IMG/VR virus record: IMGVR_UViG_3300032093_000017
DNA: 64,000 nucleotides
DNA from: a virus
Strand: one strand, 5' to 3'
The notes under the pieces were generated by a model. It saw only the letters and a program-made list of their open reading frames with translations. It ran no database searches and was not told the DNA's origin. Position numbers and translations under genes: made by a program. Every line of letters starts with the position of its first letter. The first letter of the stretch is position 1. Below, piece by piece: positions 16,158 through 25,880 of this stretch.

Positions 16158-17891
16158 ATGGCAAGACTAGGGATATTTACTGGAACTACACCAAACGATG
16201 GAACTGGAGATACTTTATCTCAAGGTGCAGTAAAAGTTAATAGTAATTTTAGTGAAATTTATACTGCAATTGGTGATGGTACTAACATCACCAATACGAT
16301 TTCTTTTGCGAACACCTCTACTAATGTAGTGGGGGGAATTGCTTCAGTAACAAGTTTAAATGTTTCTGGTGGAATTTCTACTGTTGGTTTTTTAACTGCA
16401 ACTAACATAAATGTTGTTGGAATTGTAACTGCTTCTAGTTTTACAGGAAACTTAACAGGTACAGCAACTACGGCTAATAACGTAAGTTCTACTATTAACA
16501 TAAACACCACTGGTATTGTAACTGCTTCTAGTTTTACAGGAAACTTAACAGGAACAGCAACTACCGCATCTAATTTACCTTCAAATATAAACATCAATAC
16601 ATCAGGTATTATAACTGCTTCAAGTTTTGTAGGTAACTTAACAGGTACAGCAACTACAGCAGTTGGTTTAGGTACAACTTCAAGCATTAACACTACAGGA
16701 ATTATAACTGCTTCAAGTTTTGTAGGTAACTTAACAGGTACAGCAACTACAGCAGTTGGTTTAGGTACAACTTCAAGCATTAACACTACAGGAATTATAA
16801 CTGCTTCAAGTTTTGTAGGTAACTTAACAGGTACAGCAACTACAGCAACTACAGCAGTTGGTTTAGGTACAACTTCAAGCATTAACACTACAGGAATTAT
16901 AACTGCTTCAAGTTTTGTAGGTAACTTAACAGGTACAGCAACTACAGCAACTACAGCAGTTGGTTTAGGTACAACTTCAAGCATTAACACTACAGGAATT
17001 ATAACTGCTTCAAGTTTTGTTGGAACACAGTCAATAACAATTGATGGGTCAACATTAATTGGAACAAATATACTTTCACTTTCTGGTGTTTCTAGTGACT
17101 TTACAACAGTTGGTTCTCAAACTTTTACCGTTCCAGCAGGAGTTACAAAAATATCAGCAATCGTAATTGCTGGTGGTGGAGGTGGTGGAGCAGGACAAGG
17201 TGGAAATGGAGGTTCTGGGGGTGGAGGGGGTGGTTTAAGATATATTAACGACCATCCAGTTGCACCAGGTCAAGTATTAAGCATTTCAGTAGGAAATGGT
17301 GGAAATGGTGGAAATGGTGGAAATGGCAGTGCTGGTGGCACTTCTGAAATCACTGGGATTGTAACTGCTTATGGTGGATCTGGAGGATCAACATCTCAAG
17401 GAGGGTCTGCTTTGGGTGGAACTGGAAGTACAATTTCGGGAAATATTGGAGGATCTAATGGTGGCAATGGTGGAGGTGGAACTTTAACAACTGGTGGTGG
17501 TGGAGGTGGTGCAGGAGGATATACTGGAAATGGAGGAGATGGTTCACCTGCAACTGGAAATAATGGAACTGGAGGTTCTGGAGCAGGTGGAGGAGGTCTC
17601 GGGTCTGGTGGAGGTGGAGTTGGATTGCTTGGATTATCATCAAGTGGAACTGGGGCATCAGTTCAGGGAGGAGGTGGTGGATCTGGTGGTTCTAATGGAA
17701 CAACTGGGTCAGATGGTCAAAATGGAAGTCCTGGAGGAAACTATGGAGCAGGTGGTGGAGGAGGTGAAAATGGTAGTGCCACTCTTGGAGGAAATGGTGC
17801 TCAAGGTGCAGTAAGGATATTATGGACTCCAAATTCCAAGTTCTCAAGACTCTATCCATCACATCAAGTTGGAAACACTATAAATCAATAA
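16158..17891 (+). CDS. fibre-like structural protein: gp9/gp10-type N-terminus, Thr-rich repeats, Gly-rich C-terminal domain
   Basis: GTTPNDGTGDTL...KVNSNFSEIY N-terminus; 31-34 aa repeats; FTVPAGVT..IAGGGGG...GAQGAVRI Gly-rich domain. Confidence 0.7.
   Translation: MARLGIFTGTTPNDGTGDTLSQGAVKVNSNFSEIYTAIGDGTNITNTISFANTSTNVVGGIASVTSLNVSGGISTVGFLTATNINVVGIVTASSFTGNLTGTATTANNVSSTININTTGIVTASSFTGNLTGTATTASNLPSNININTSGIITASSFVGNLTGTATTAVGLGTTSSINTTGIITASSFVGNLTGTATTAVGLGTTSSINTTGIITASSFVGNLTGTATTATTAVGLGTTSSINTTGIITASSFVGNLTGTATTATTAVGLGTTSSINTTGIITASSFVGTQSITIDGSTLIGTNILSLSGVSSDFTTVGSQTFTVPAGVTKISAIVIAGGGGGGAGQGGNGGSGGGGGGLRYINDHPVAPGQVLSISVGNGGNGGNGGNGSAGGTSEITGIVTAYGGSGGSTSQGGSALGGTGSTISGNIGGSNGGNGGGGTLTTGGGGGGAGGYTGNGGDGSPATGNNGTGGSGAGGGGLGSGGGGVGLLGLSSSGTGASVQGGGGGSGGSNGTTGSDGQNGSPGGNYGAGGGGGENGSATLGGNGAQGAVRILWTPNSKFSRLYPSHQVGNTINQ
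16419..17024 (+). repeat. 93/102-bp coding tandem repeat (6 full units plus partial)
   Basis: Units start at 16419, 16512, 16605, 16698, 16791, 16893, 16995 (GIITASSFVGNLTGTATT...); later units near-identical in DNA. Confidence 0.95.
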
Positions 17892-17906
17892 AGGTATTAA
17901 ACAAAA

Positions 17907-19196
17907 ATGGCAAACAACATAGGAGTATTTTTTAATATAAATGATAATGATGGAATACCTTTGGTTGGTGTTTCCACCGATGGAAGAGTGTTTCTTGATC
18001 CTTTTTATGGTAATGTTGGTGTTGGTATAACAAATCCATCAGCAAAACTTCACGTTTTTGGAGATTCTTTAATTACTGGAATTGTAACTGCTTCTAGTTT
18101 TGTAGGTAACTTAACTGGAACAGCAACTACAGCAGTTGGTTTAGGTACAACATCAAACATTAACACTACAGGAATTATAACTGCTTCAAGTTTTGTAGGT
18201 AACTTAACAGGTACAGCAACTACAGCAACTACAGCAACTACAGCAACTACAGCATCAAATCTCACCAAAACTGTAACTGCAGGATCTGGATTAAATGGTG
18301 GTGGAACATTAACCTCCAATGTAACTCTTGATGTTAATGTTGGAACTGGCATTACCATTAGTTCTGATTCAGTCGCACTTAAAAATGGAGATAATTTAAC
18401 TGATAATAGAATTTTAAAATGGAATGGTGGTAGTGGGCAATTAACTGATAGTATTATTACTGATACTGGAACTAATATTGGTATTGGTTCTACACAACCA
18501 ACATCAAAATTTGAAGTTATTGGTGATGCTTCAATTTCTGGCAATCTTAAACTTAATACTATTGATCTAGGAAATAATACAGATACTACAATTTCTCGTT
18601 CTTCTGCAGGTGTTGTTTTCATTGAAGACCAAGAAGTAGTGACAACCACAAGAGATCAACTATTACAAAACAAAACTTATATAATTCCATTCGTTCAAGG
18701 TCAAGGAGTGTCTTTAATTAGTGGATCCGAGACTACTTACCAATATTTGTTTCCTGAACTATTCCCATCTATTACTTTGAGTGTAGGAACTTATGAAATG
18801 TTTGCATATATTATAGCATCAAGAACAATTACCGGTGCTGCTTCTTCGTCATTAAGAATTCGGAATATTGCAGTATCTTCAGCTGCAACTGGAACATTTA
18901 CTGGTACATCTACTGGAAGTTCCCCTAGTTTTTCTAATATTTTAAGCCACCATCTTTCCCAGAGCATCACAGACCCAATGATTATAACACCATCAGGAAA
19001 TAATAGTGGAAATTATATTTCTAAGATATCTGGAATTTTAAGAATAGGTGTTGCTGGGAACTATATTCCTGGGTATTCTATGTCAGCAACTATAAACAGT
19101 TCCGTGACCTGCGGTAGTTATAATTATATGATACTTAGAAAAATATCTAGTTCTGGATCTATTGTAGCGCAAGGTGGTTGGGGAGCTATTCCGTAA
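17907..19196 (+). CDS. tail-fibre-like structural protein
   Basis: GNVGVGITNPSAKLHV and NIGIGSTQPTSKFEV fibre motifs; same repeat unit at 18078-18254. Confidence 0.65.
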   Translation: MANNIGVFFNINDNDGIPLVGVSTDGRVFLDPFYGNVGVGITNPSAKLHVFGDSLITGIVTASSFVGNLTGTATTAVGLGTTSNINTTGIITASSFVGNLTGTATTATTATTATTASNLTKTVTAGSGLNGGGTLTSNVTLDVNVGTGITISSDSVALKNGDNLTDNRILKWNGGSGQLTDSIITDTGTNIGIGSTQPTSKFEVIGDASISGNLKLNTIDLGNNTDTTISRSSAGVVFIEDQEVVTTTRDQLLQNKTYIIPFVQGQGVSLISGSETTYQYLFPELFPSITLSVGTYEMFAYIIASRTITGAASSSLRIRNIAVSSAATGTFTGTSTGSSPSFSNILSHHLSQSITDPMIITPSGNNSGNYISKISGILRIGVAGNYIPGYSMSATINSSVTCGSYNYMILRKISSSGSIVAQGGWGAIP

Positions 19197-19264
19197 AAAA
19201 TTATTTTATTAATCTATAGATTGCAACAATAAATATAAAAAGCACTGATTAAGTAAAAATATTA

Positions 19265-22200
19265 ATGAGAACAACTCCAGGGGCAGGTGCAATATTATTT
19301 CCAATTTTTGATGGAGATAAATATTCTGTATCAAAAATTGAAGTGATTGATGGTGGAGCAGGATATGCATCAACAGATCCTCCAAAAATTGAAATTGAAA
19401 ATACTGCAACCCCAACAATTGAGGGTGTATTTTATCCAATAATTAATCATCCAAGCAATGGATCTATCGTTTCAGTTTTAATTGTAAATCCTGGTGAAGG
19501 TTATTTTCCAGTTACAAATACACTTGGTGAAAAAATTGGAATTGGAACCACGTCTTTAGTGGAGCCACAATTTGTAACTAAAGAATACGGTGCTGGAATT
19601 ATAATGGGAGTGAGTGGTGGTATTGGAAGTGCAATATTTGAGAATGGATATAATGTAGCAATTAGTACCACAATTGCTGGCATATCAACTCTAATACCAA
19701 ATGCATTAAGTCGCATTTATGGATTTGGTAATCCAATTCCATCAACAACAAATGGAATTGGAACGGATGCAAAATTTGAAGTTTGGATTACATATGATGG
19801 AACACCAGCAGGAAATCCAATTTCAACTTCAATTATTCTCAAAGATGGTGGAAGAGGATATAGAGTAGCAGATACAGTTTCAATTGCTGGAACTTATCTT
19901 GGAGGAGAAAATCCAACTCACACATTATCATTCAATGTTTCTAAAGTTTCAAGTACAGCAATCGTATCAGCAGCAAATGCATCATATACTGGTGTTGCTG
20001 GTACTACAATAGTTGGTGTTGGTTCTGGGGCAACATTCAATATATCAAGAGATTCTACTGGGAAAATTAGTTCAGTAACTGTTGCAAATGGTGGGAGAAA
20101 TTATTCAATAGGAGTTGTTGGTGTTGGAACTACAAGCACATCATCAACTCCTACAGATATAATAAGTATTGCCGGAACACATATTGGTGGTTCTACACCA
20201 GCAGATAATTTATTTGTTTCACCAACACTTTTGGGAACAGATATACTCCCTGACATTTTGTATATAGACAAACTAAATGATGACCAATTTAAAGTTTCTG
20301 GACTTTCTACAGCATCAGAACTTGATATAAGTCAATTGGGTGTAGGGACACATTCATTTGCATTTGATAATCCAAATGCAAGTTCTTTAATTGCAATTGA
20401 TAATATTATTCAAACTCCATTATACAGAAAAAATCTTACTTTTTCTTTATCATCTGGAGTTGGATTAGGAAATACAATATATGTGACTTCAGGTATTTCT
20501 TCACTAACTTCTTTAGATGTTTTGAAAATTGATTCTGAATATATGAATGTCAGAGCAGTTGGAATTGGTTCAACAAATGACATTATTGTAGAAAGAGGTC
20601 AATATGGAAGTGAAATAAGAGCACACACTTCATCATCCACGATTAAAGTTTATAGAGGTGACTATAACATTGAAAAGGGAAAAATTTATTTTTCAACTCC
20701 TCCTTATGGAAAAATAGGACAAGAAGGTTTGAAAGTTAGTTCAAATTTTCAAGGAAGATATTTTAGTAGAAGATTTGACCCAGGAAACACCACTGACAAA
20801 AATTTAGTTATTGATGACATTTCTTTAGATTTTACGGGAAAAGCAGAAAATTTAGGAATAAGAACAGGCACTTTAAATTATGATAGTCAAGATAGTATAT
20901 CAGGAATAGACACTACTAGTTTGGAGATTGGTGATACATTAAATTTAGAGTATTCTACTCCTTTTTTAATAAATTTAAATACAGTTATAAATTCAATTGG
21001 AATTGGAAGTATTGGAATTTCTCCAAATCATAATGTTTATGTGGGAATAGCAACTACCACATTTAATATCAGAAGACTTAATTTTTCTTTGAAAACCGAT
21101 AATGAAATAATATCTGGAATTTACACAAATACTAATAGTTCTACTGATATAAACAACAATCCAATTATTTTAATAAACAACATCCCCCAAGTAGCAGAAA
21201 AAGATTTTAAAATAGATACACCAGGCAACAATACGATCAAATTCATCAGTGGAGTTCCAAATGCTGGAAGAATAGTTAGAGTTGCAATTACTACTGGTTT
21301 TGGTTATCAACCCCTTGTAGGTGCCTCTGCAACGGTTTCTGTTTCTTCTGCTGGCACAATATCAAGTATTTCTTTAACTGGGGCAGGAAGTGGTTATAGA
21401 ACTGCTCCTGTGATTAGTATTGCTTCAACAGTTGGATCTGGTGCTACGATTACTGCGACAATCGGTACTGGAGGAACGGTAACTTCTCTGAGCATAGTAA
21501 ATGCAGGAACTGGTTATACTACAAATATACTTCCACAAATAAACATACCAATTCCACCAAACTATAGTGATTTGAGTACAACTTATGCAGGAATTTCAAC
21601 AGGAAGTGGAGAAGGGGCAAAAGTATCAGTAATTGTTGGAAATGGTTCCAGTGTAACTGGTTTTACTTTAGAAGATCCAGGAAGTGGTTATAAAGTTGGT
21701 GAAATTTTAGTTGTTCCAGGAATTACAACCAATCCAACTGTTGGTGCTGGTTTTAGTGAATTTAGAATTACTATTGAAGAAACATTTACTGATAAATTTG
21801 GAGGGTTTTATCCTGGCCAATTTATTAAATTTGATGATCCATCAAAATATTTTACAGGAACAAAGAGAAAATTTGATTTGCTGATAGATAAAGAATCAAT
21901 TTCATTAAAAACAAGTCCATTATCAGATTTAAAAGTTGAGAATAATTTCTTTGTGTTTATTAACGATATTATACAAGTTCCAAATTTATCTTATAAAATA
22001 GTTGGTTCCAGAATAATCTTTACAGAAGCACCAAAAAAAGACTCAAAATGTTTAATTTTATTCTATAGAGGTTCAGATTTAGACGTAGACCAAGTTGACC
22101 CACCAAAAACATTAAAAGAAGGAGATATAATTCAAATACAACAAAACAAATTTGAACTGACACAAAGAGAACAATTTGAAAGAGTAATTAAAAAGATTAT

Positions 22201-24274
22201 TTCTTCAGATCAGTTTGATACTTTTACTTATGATAGTTTGGGAATAAATACTGATCCAAAAAAATCAAGACCATTAAAATGGACAAAACAAACAAAAGAT
22301 AGAATTATTAATGGGGTCTTATATTCTAAACAACGACCAGATTTAAAATCAAGGGTAACTCCAAAAACTCAAATAATTAAATCAGTATCAAAAACAGATA
22401 CAAAAATTTATGTAAATAATGCATTTCCTTTATTTTCTATAGATGAAAATTTAAATTTAAAAGAAGAACTAAGAGATGTTGTATTGATATCAAATAAAGA
22501 TTTTACAATTTCCACTGGTACGGCTGTAGTATCAGCAGCATCAACGATTTCTGGTGTCTCAATTACTAGTGGTGGTTCTGGATATGAACCTTCAAGTCAA
22601 CCAGATATTTCTATATCTTCGGCATTTATATCCAAAAAAGATCCAATTTATAATTGGCAAAAAACAAGTGGAATAAACACTTCTTTTAATTTCAATTCAG
22701 TAATTTATGGCAATAAATTTGTTGCTATTGGAAGTAGTAGTTTATTGGGAATTAGTGAAGATGGAAAATCTTGGACAACCTCTAATGTTGGTTTCGGCAC
22801 AACAGTATCATTCAATTCAATATCTTTCGCATCAACATCAAATACTTATGTTGCTGTCGGAGATACAGGAAAAATTATTAAATCTGTTGGTTTATCCTCT
22901 TGGACTGAATATAATTTAGTACAAAAAATATCTTTCAATTCAAGCAATATAGATGTAAATGATGTTGAAACTGAACCAAGTTTATTTGAAGGAGGGTTCA
23001 ATGATATTACATATTCACCAATAAAAGATACTTTCATTGCAGTTGGATCTACCTGCATTTTTTCTTCCATTGGAACTGGTTCTACACAATTTGTAAAAAA
23101 TAGTTTTAATTCACAAAATAATTTAAATAGTGCATCCAATAATAATTCAGTATTTGTTGTAGTTGGGGATAATGGTAGAGTTTCTTATTCAATAAATGAA
23201 AATATTTGGAAGTCTGTCACTAATTTCACTAATGAGAATTTAAACAAAGTTATTTGGGATGGTTCTAAATTTGTAATTGTCGGAAACAATTCAATCATAG
23301 CAACTTCCGAAACTGGAATAGATTGGTCATTGCAACAGAGTGTAAATATTTCTGTAAATATTGAAAATATTAAATATTTTGATGGAATTTATGTTATTTT
23401 GGATAATAATGGTGATTTATATTATTCATTGAATCTTTCCTATTGGGAAAAAAGAACAACAAATCAAAACAATCCAATTAAAGATATAGTTTATGTGCCA
23501 AATTTAAACTCCGATGCCATAACTGTTGCTGTTGGGGTTGCAGGGACAGTAATTTATACAAATCCATCTTATAATAGGGCATCTGCAATTTCCACAACAA
23601 CAGGGGATTCTGTTTCATCTGTAACTATGATAAATGGTGGATTTGGATATTTGGAATCTTCTCCTCCCCCTGTTATTTTTGAAAGCATAACACCAAATAA
23701 GGAAAAAATTATTTCCATAAAAGCAAAGGGTGATTTTGGGACTATAATAGGAATTAATACTATAGGAATTGGACAATCATCTCTTGAGTTTATTTTAAAA
23801 TCAGAAACTTATAATAACAGTGCTTTAGGTATTGGTTACTCTTCTCTTAATGTATTTGGAATAAATTATACTCAATTGACGGTAGGTGATTATTTTGTAA
23901 TTTTTGATAGTAATGTAATAACTGGTTATGCTCTCACCGGAATTTCCACAATAACTGGAACGATTGTTGGATCTTCTGGTGTATCAACAAATACTATTAA
24001 TGGAGTTTATAGAGCAGAAAATGTAATTGTTGATGCTAATGTTGGTATTGTAACCGTTAGGTGTGATTTTGTTGTAGTTTCCGGTGGAGTAGACAAAGCA
24101 ATTAGTACAGGAATTAATACTACTGGATTTTATGGTAGGTATACTTGGGGTCAAATATATGATTATCAAAACAGAGCAAGAGAAAATCCAAAACAATTTA
24201 GTGTAAATACAAGAGATGGATTAGTTGGTTTATCAACCGCACCAGAGATTTATAGGACTCGTGGTTTAGTTTAG
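19265..24274 (+). CDS. large baseplate/virion structural protein (C-terminal part of gp7-like protein) with BNR-like propeller
   Basis: AATAAATA late promoter at 19228; GxGY modules; S-x-D/T-G-x-x-W repeats; directly precedes gp8. Confidence 0.7.
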   Translation: MRTTPGAGAILFPIFDGDKYSVSKIEVIDGGAGYASTDPPKIEIENTATPTIEGVFYPIINHPSNGSIVSVLIVNPGEGYFPVTNTLGEKIGIGTTSLVEPQFVTKEYGAGIIMGVSGGIGSAIFENGYNVAISTTIAGISTLIPNALSRIYGFGNPIPSTTNGIGTDAKFEVWITYDGTPAGNPISTSIILKDGGRGYRVADTVSIAGTYLGGENPTHTLSFNVSKVSSTAIVSAANASYTGVAGTTIVGVGSGATFNISRDSTGKISSVTVANGGRNYSIGVVGVGTTSTSSTPTDIISIAGTHIGGSTPADNLFVSPTLLGTDILPDILYIDKLNDDQFKVSGLSTASELDISQLGVGTHSFAFDNPNASSLIAIDNIIQTPLYRKNLTFSLSSGVGLGNTIYVTSGISSLTSLDVLKIDSEYMNVRAVGIGSTNDIIVERGQYGSEIRAHTSSSTIKVYRGDYNIEKGKIYFSTPPYGKIGQEGLKVSSNFQGRYFSRRFDPGNTTDKNLVIDDISLDFTGKAENLGIRTGTLNYDSQDSISGIDTTSLEIGDTLNLEYSTPFLINLNTVINSIGIGSIGISPNHNVYVGIATTTFNIRRLNFSLKTDNEIISGIYTNTNSSTDINNNPIILINNIPQVAEKDFKIDTPGNNTIKFISGVPNAGRIVRVAITTGFGYQPLVGASATVSVSSAGTISSISLTGAGSGYRTAPVISIASTVGSGATITATIGTGGTVTSLSIVNAGTGYTTNILPQINIPIPPNYSDLSTTYAGISTGSGEGAKVSVIVGNGSSVTGFTLEDPGSGYKVGEILVVPGITTNPTVGAGFSEFRITIEETFTDKFGGFYPGQFIKFDDPSKYFTGTKRKFDLLIDKESISLKTSPLSDLKVENNFFVFINDIIQVPNLSYKIVGSRIIFTEAPKKDSKCLILFYRGSDLDVDQVDPPKTLKEGDIIQIQQNKFELTQREQFERVIKKIISSDQFDTFTYDSLGINTDPKKSRPLKWTKQTKDRIINGVLYSKQRPDLKSRVTPKTQIIKSVSKTDTKIYVNNAFPLFSIDENLNLKEELRDVVLISNKDFTISTGTAVVSAASTISGVSITSGGSGYEPSSQPDISISSAFISKKDPIYNWQKTSGINTSFNFNSVIYGNKFVAIGSSSLLGISEDGKSWTTSNVGFGTTVSFNSISFASTSNTYVAVGDTGKIIKSVGLSSWTEYNLVQKISFNSSNIDVNDVETEPSLFEGGFNDITYSPIKDTFIAVGSTCIFSSIGTGSTQFVKNSFNSQNNLNSASNNNSVFVVVGDNGRVSYSINENIWKSVTNFTNENLNKVIWDGSKFVIVGNNSIIATSETGIDWSLQQSVNISVNIENIKYFDGIYVILDNNGDLYYSLNLSYWEKRTTNQNNPIKDIVYVPNLNSDAITVAVGVAGTVIYTNPSYNRASAISTTTGDSVSSVTMINGGFGYLESSPPPVIFESITPNKEKIISIKAKGDFGTIIGINTIGIGQSSLEFILKSETYNNSALGIGYSSLNVFGINYTQLTVGDYFVIFDSNVITGYALTGISTITGTIVGSSGVSTNTINGVYRAENVIVDANVGIVTVRCDFVVVSGGVDKAISTGINTTGFYGRYTWGQIYDYQNRARENPKQFSVNTRDGLVGLSTAPEIYRTRGLV

Positions 24275-24303
24275 AGATAAATAAAAAAAAGTATTTTCAC
24301 ACA

Positions 24304-25875
24304 ATGCCTGCGATTATATCTGATCAATTTAGAGTTATGAATGCTGAGACTTTCACTAAAAGTCTTGTTGCAGTTGGAAACACCAATAATACATATTATA
24401 CTTTTATTGGACAACCAAACGCTCTAAATCCACAAGCAAATGGAATTGCCGAGTGGGGAGCAAATCCCCCACCACCACTTGATGGTTTTGAAGAAGAAAA
24501 TAAAATAAAAGAAACCATCATATCAATGAAAAAGGTGACTCAGAGTGATGTGAGAAGAATGATTAGAAAGGTTGTCTGGGAATCTGGTTCAAGCTATGAG
24601 ATGTATAGGCACGATTATTCAATCTATAATTTATCACCAATTACAAACTCTTCTTCATTGTATGATGCTAATTATTATGTAATTAATGAAGATTTGAGGG
24701 TTTATATTTGTTTACAAAATGGAGCAAATCCAGAAAATTCTAGAGGTAGACCATCTGTAGATCAACCAACTTTTGTTGATTTGGAACCAAGACCAGCAGG
24801 AACTAGTGGAGATGGATATATTTGGAAATATCTTTATACAATTAAACCATCAGAAATTGTAAAATTTGATTCTATTGAGTTTATTCCAGTTCCAGAAGAT
24901 TGGGGAACAGTCGGAGAGAGTATATCAACAAAAAATAATGCAATTGATGGAAAAATAGAAATCATTAATATCAAAAATAGAGGTTCTGGGTATAGTCCAA
25001 TTTCTCAAACTTTTACAAATATTCCTATTCTTGGAGATGGGACTGGAGGAAAGGCAACAATTACGGTAGATTCTTTTGGGAAAGTTTCTGATATTTTTGT
25101 GAGTGATGGTGGAACTGGATACACAAAAGGTATAATCAAATTTGAACCAGGAGCACCTTCAATAACACAAAATTTAAGTAATACTGGAACAAATGCTACA
25201 TTTGAAGTTATTGTTCCACCAAAAGGTGGTCACGGATATGATATTTATAGAGAGTTGGGTGCATATAGGGCATTAGTTTATTCAAGATTTTCTACAGATT
25301 CTACAAATCCAGATACAATTATAGGAAATGATTTTGCTAGAATTGGAATTATAAAAAATCCAACTAAAAGTGGAAGTGCTGTAGAAAAATTAGAAACTGC
25401 CGAAGTAAGTGCGATGAAAGCATTGAAATTGACTGGTTCAGCAACTAGTACAACAACTTATGCAGTAGATTCAGTAATTACTCAACAAGTAAGTACTGGA
25501 GTTACTGCAATAGGTTTTGTTGCTGCTTGGGATAATGTCACAGGAGTTTTGAAATACTATCAACCTGTAGGACTAGCAACTGAGGGTGTTGGATATAACA
25601 TAAATCAATTCACATCTTCTCCTGGTTCTGGTGGAAGTTTAACAATTGTTGGATCTTCAATGAATGGTTCTTCATTAACAATTGATAGTGGATTTACTGG
25701 ATTAAGTACAGTAATAAATAATACTACATACCAATTGGGAAGTTATTTTACGTCTGGCATTTCATCGTCTGAATATAATAATAAATCCGGTGAAATTATA
25801 TACATTGACAATAGATTCCCTGTACCAAGATCAAAAAGCCAAAAAGAAGATATTAAAATCGTCCTGGAGTTTTAA
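24304..25875 (+). CDS. gp8: baseplate wedge subunit gp8
   Basis: VYICLQN, DGYIWKYLYTI, SGEIIYIDNR..QKEDIKIVLEF; GATAAATA promoter at 24276. Confidence 0.9.
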   Translation: MPAIISDQFRVMNAETFTKSLVAVGNTNNTYYTFIGQPNALNPQANGIAEWGANPPPPLDGFEEENKIKETIISMKKVTQSDVRRMIRKVVWESGSSYEMYRHDYSIYNLSPITNSSSLYDANYYVINEDLRVYICLQNGANPENSRGRPSVDQPTFVDLEPRPAGTSGDGYIWKYLYTIKPSEIVKFDSIEFIPVPEDWGTVGESISTKNNAIDGKIEIINIKNRGSGYSPISQTFTNIPILGDGTGGKATITVDSFGKVSDIFVSDGGTGYTKGIIKFEPGAPSITQNLSNTGTNATFEVIVPPKGGHGYDIYRELGAYRALVYSRFSTDSTNPDTIIGNDFARIGIIKNPTKSGSAVEKLETAEVSAMKALKLTGSATSTTTYAVDSVITQQVSTGVTAIGFVAAWDNVTGVLKYYQPVGLATEGVGYNINQFTSSPGSGGSLTIVGSSMNGSSLTIDSGFTGLSTVINNTTYQLGSYFTSGISSSEYNNKSGEIIYIDNRFPVPRSKSQKEDIKIVLEF

Positions 25876-25880
25876 GTAAA

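Noticed and set aside
16419-18254. Diversity-generating retroelement TR/VR pair
   Set aside because: No reverse transcriptase in the window; copies are tandem coding repeats without adenine-specific variation
16259-18649. Long minus-strand ORFs 16259..16990 and 18050..18649
   Set aside because: Antisense shadows of Thr/Gly/Ala repeat codons in the fibre genes
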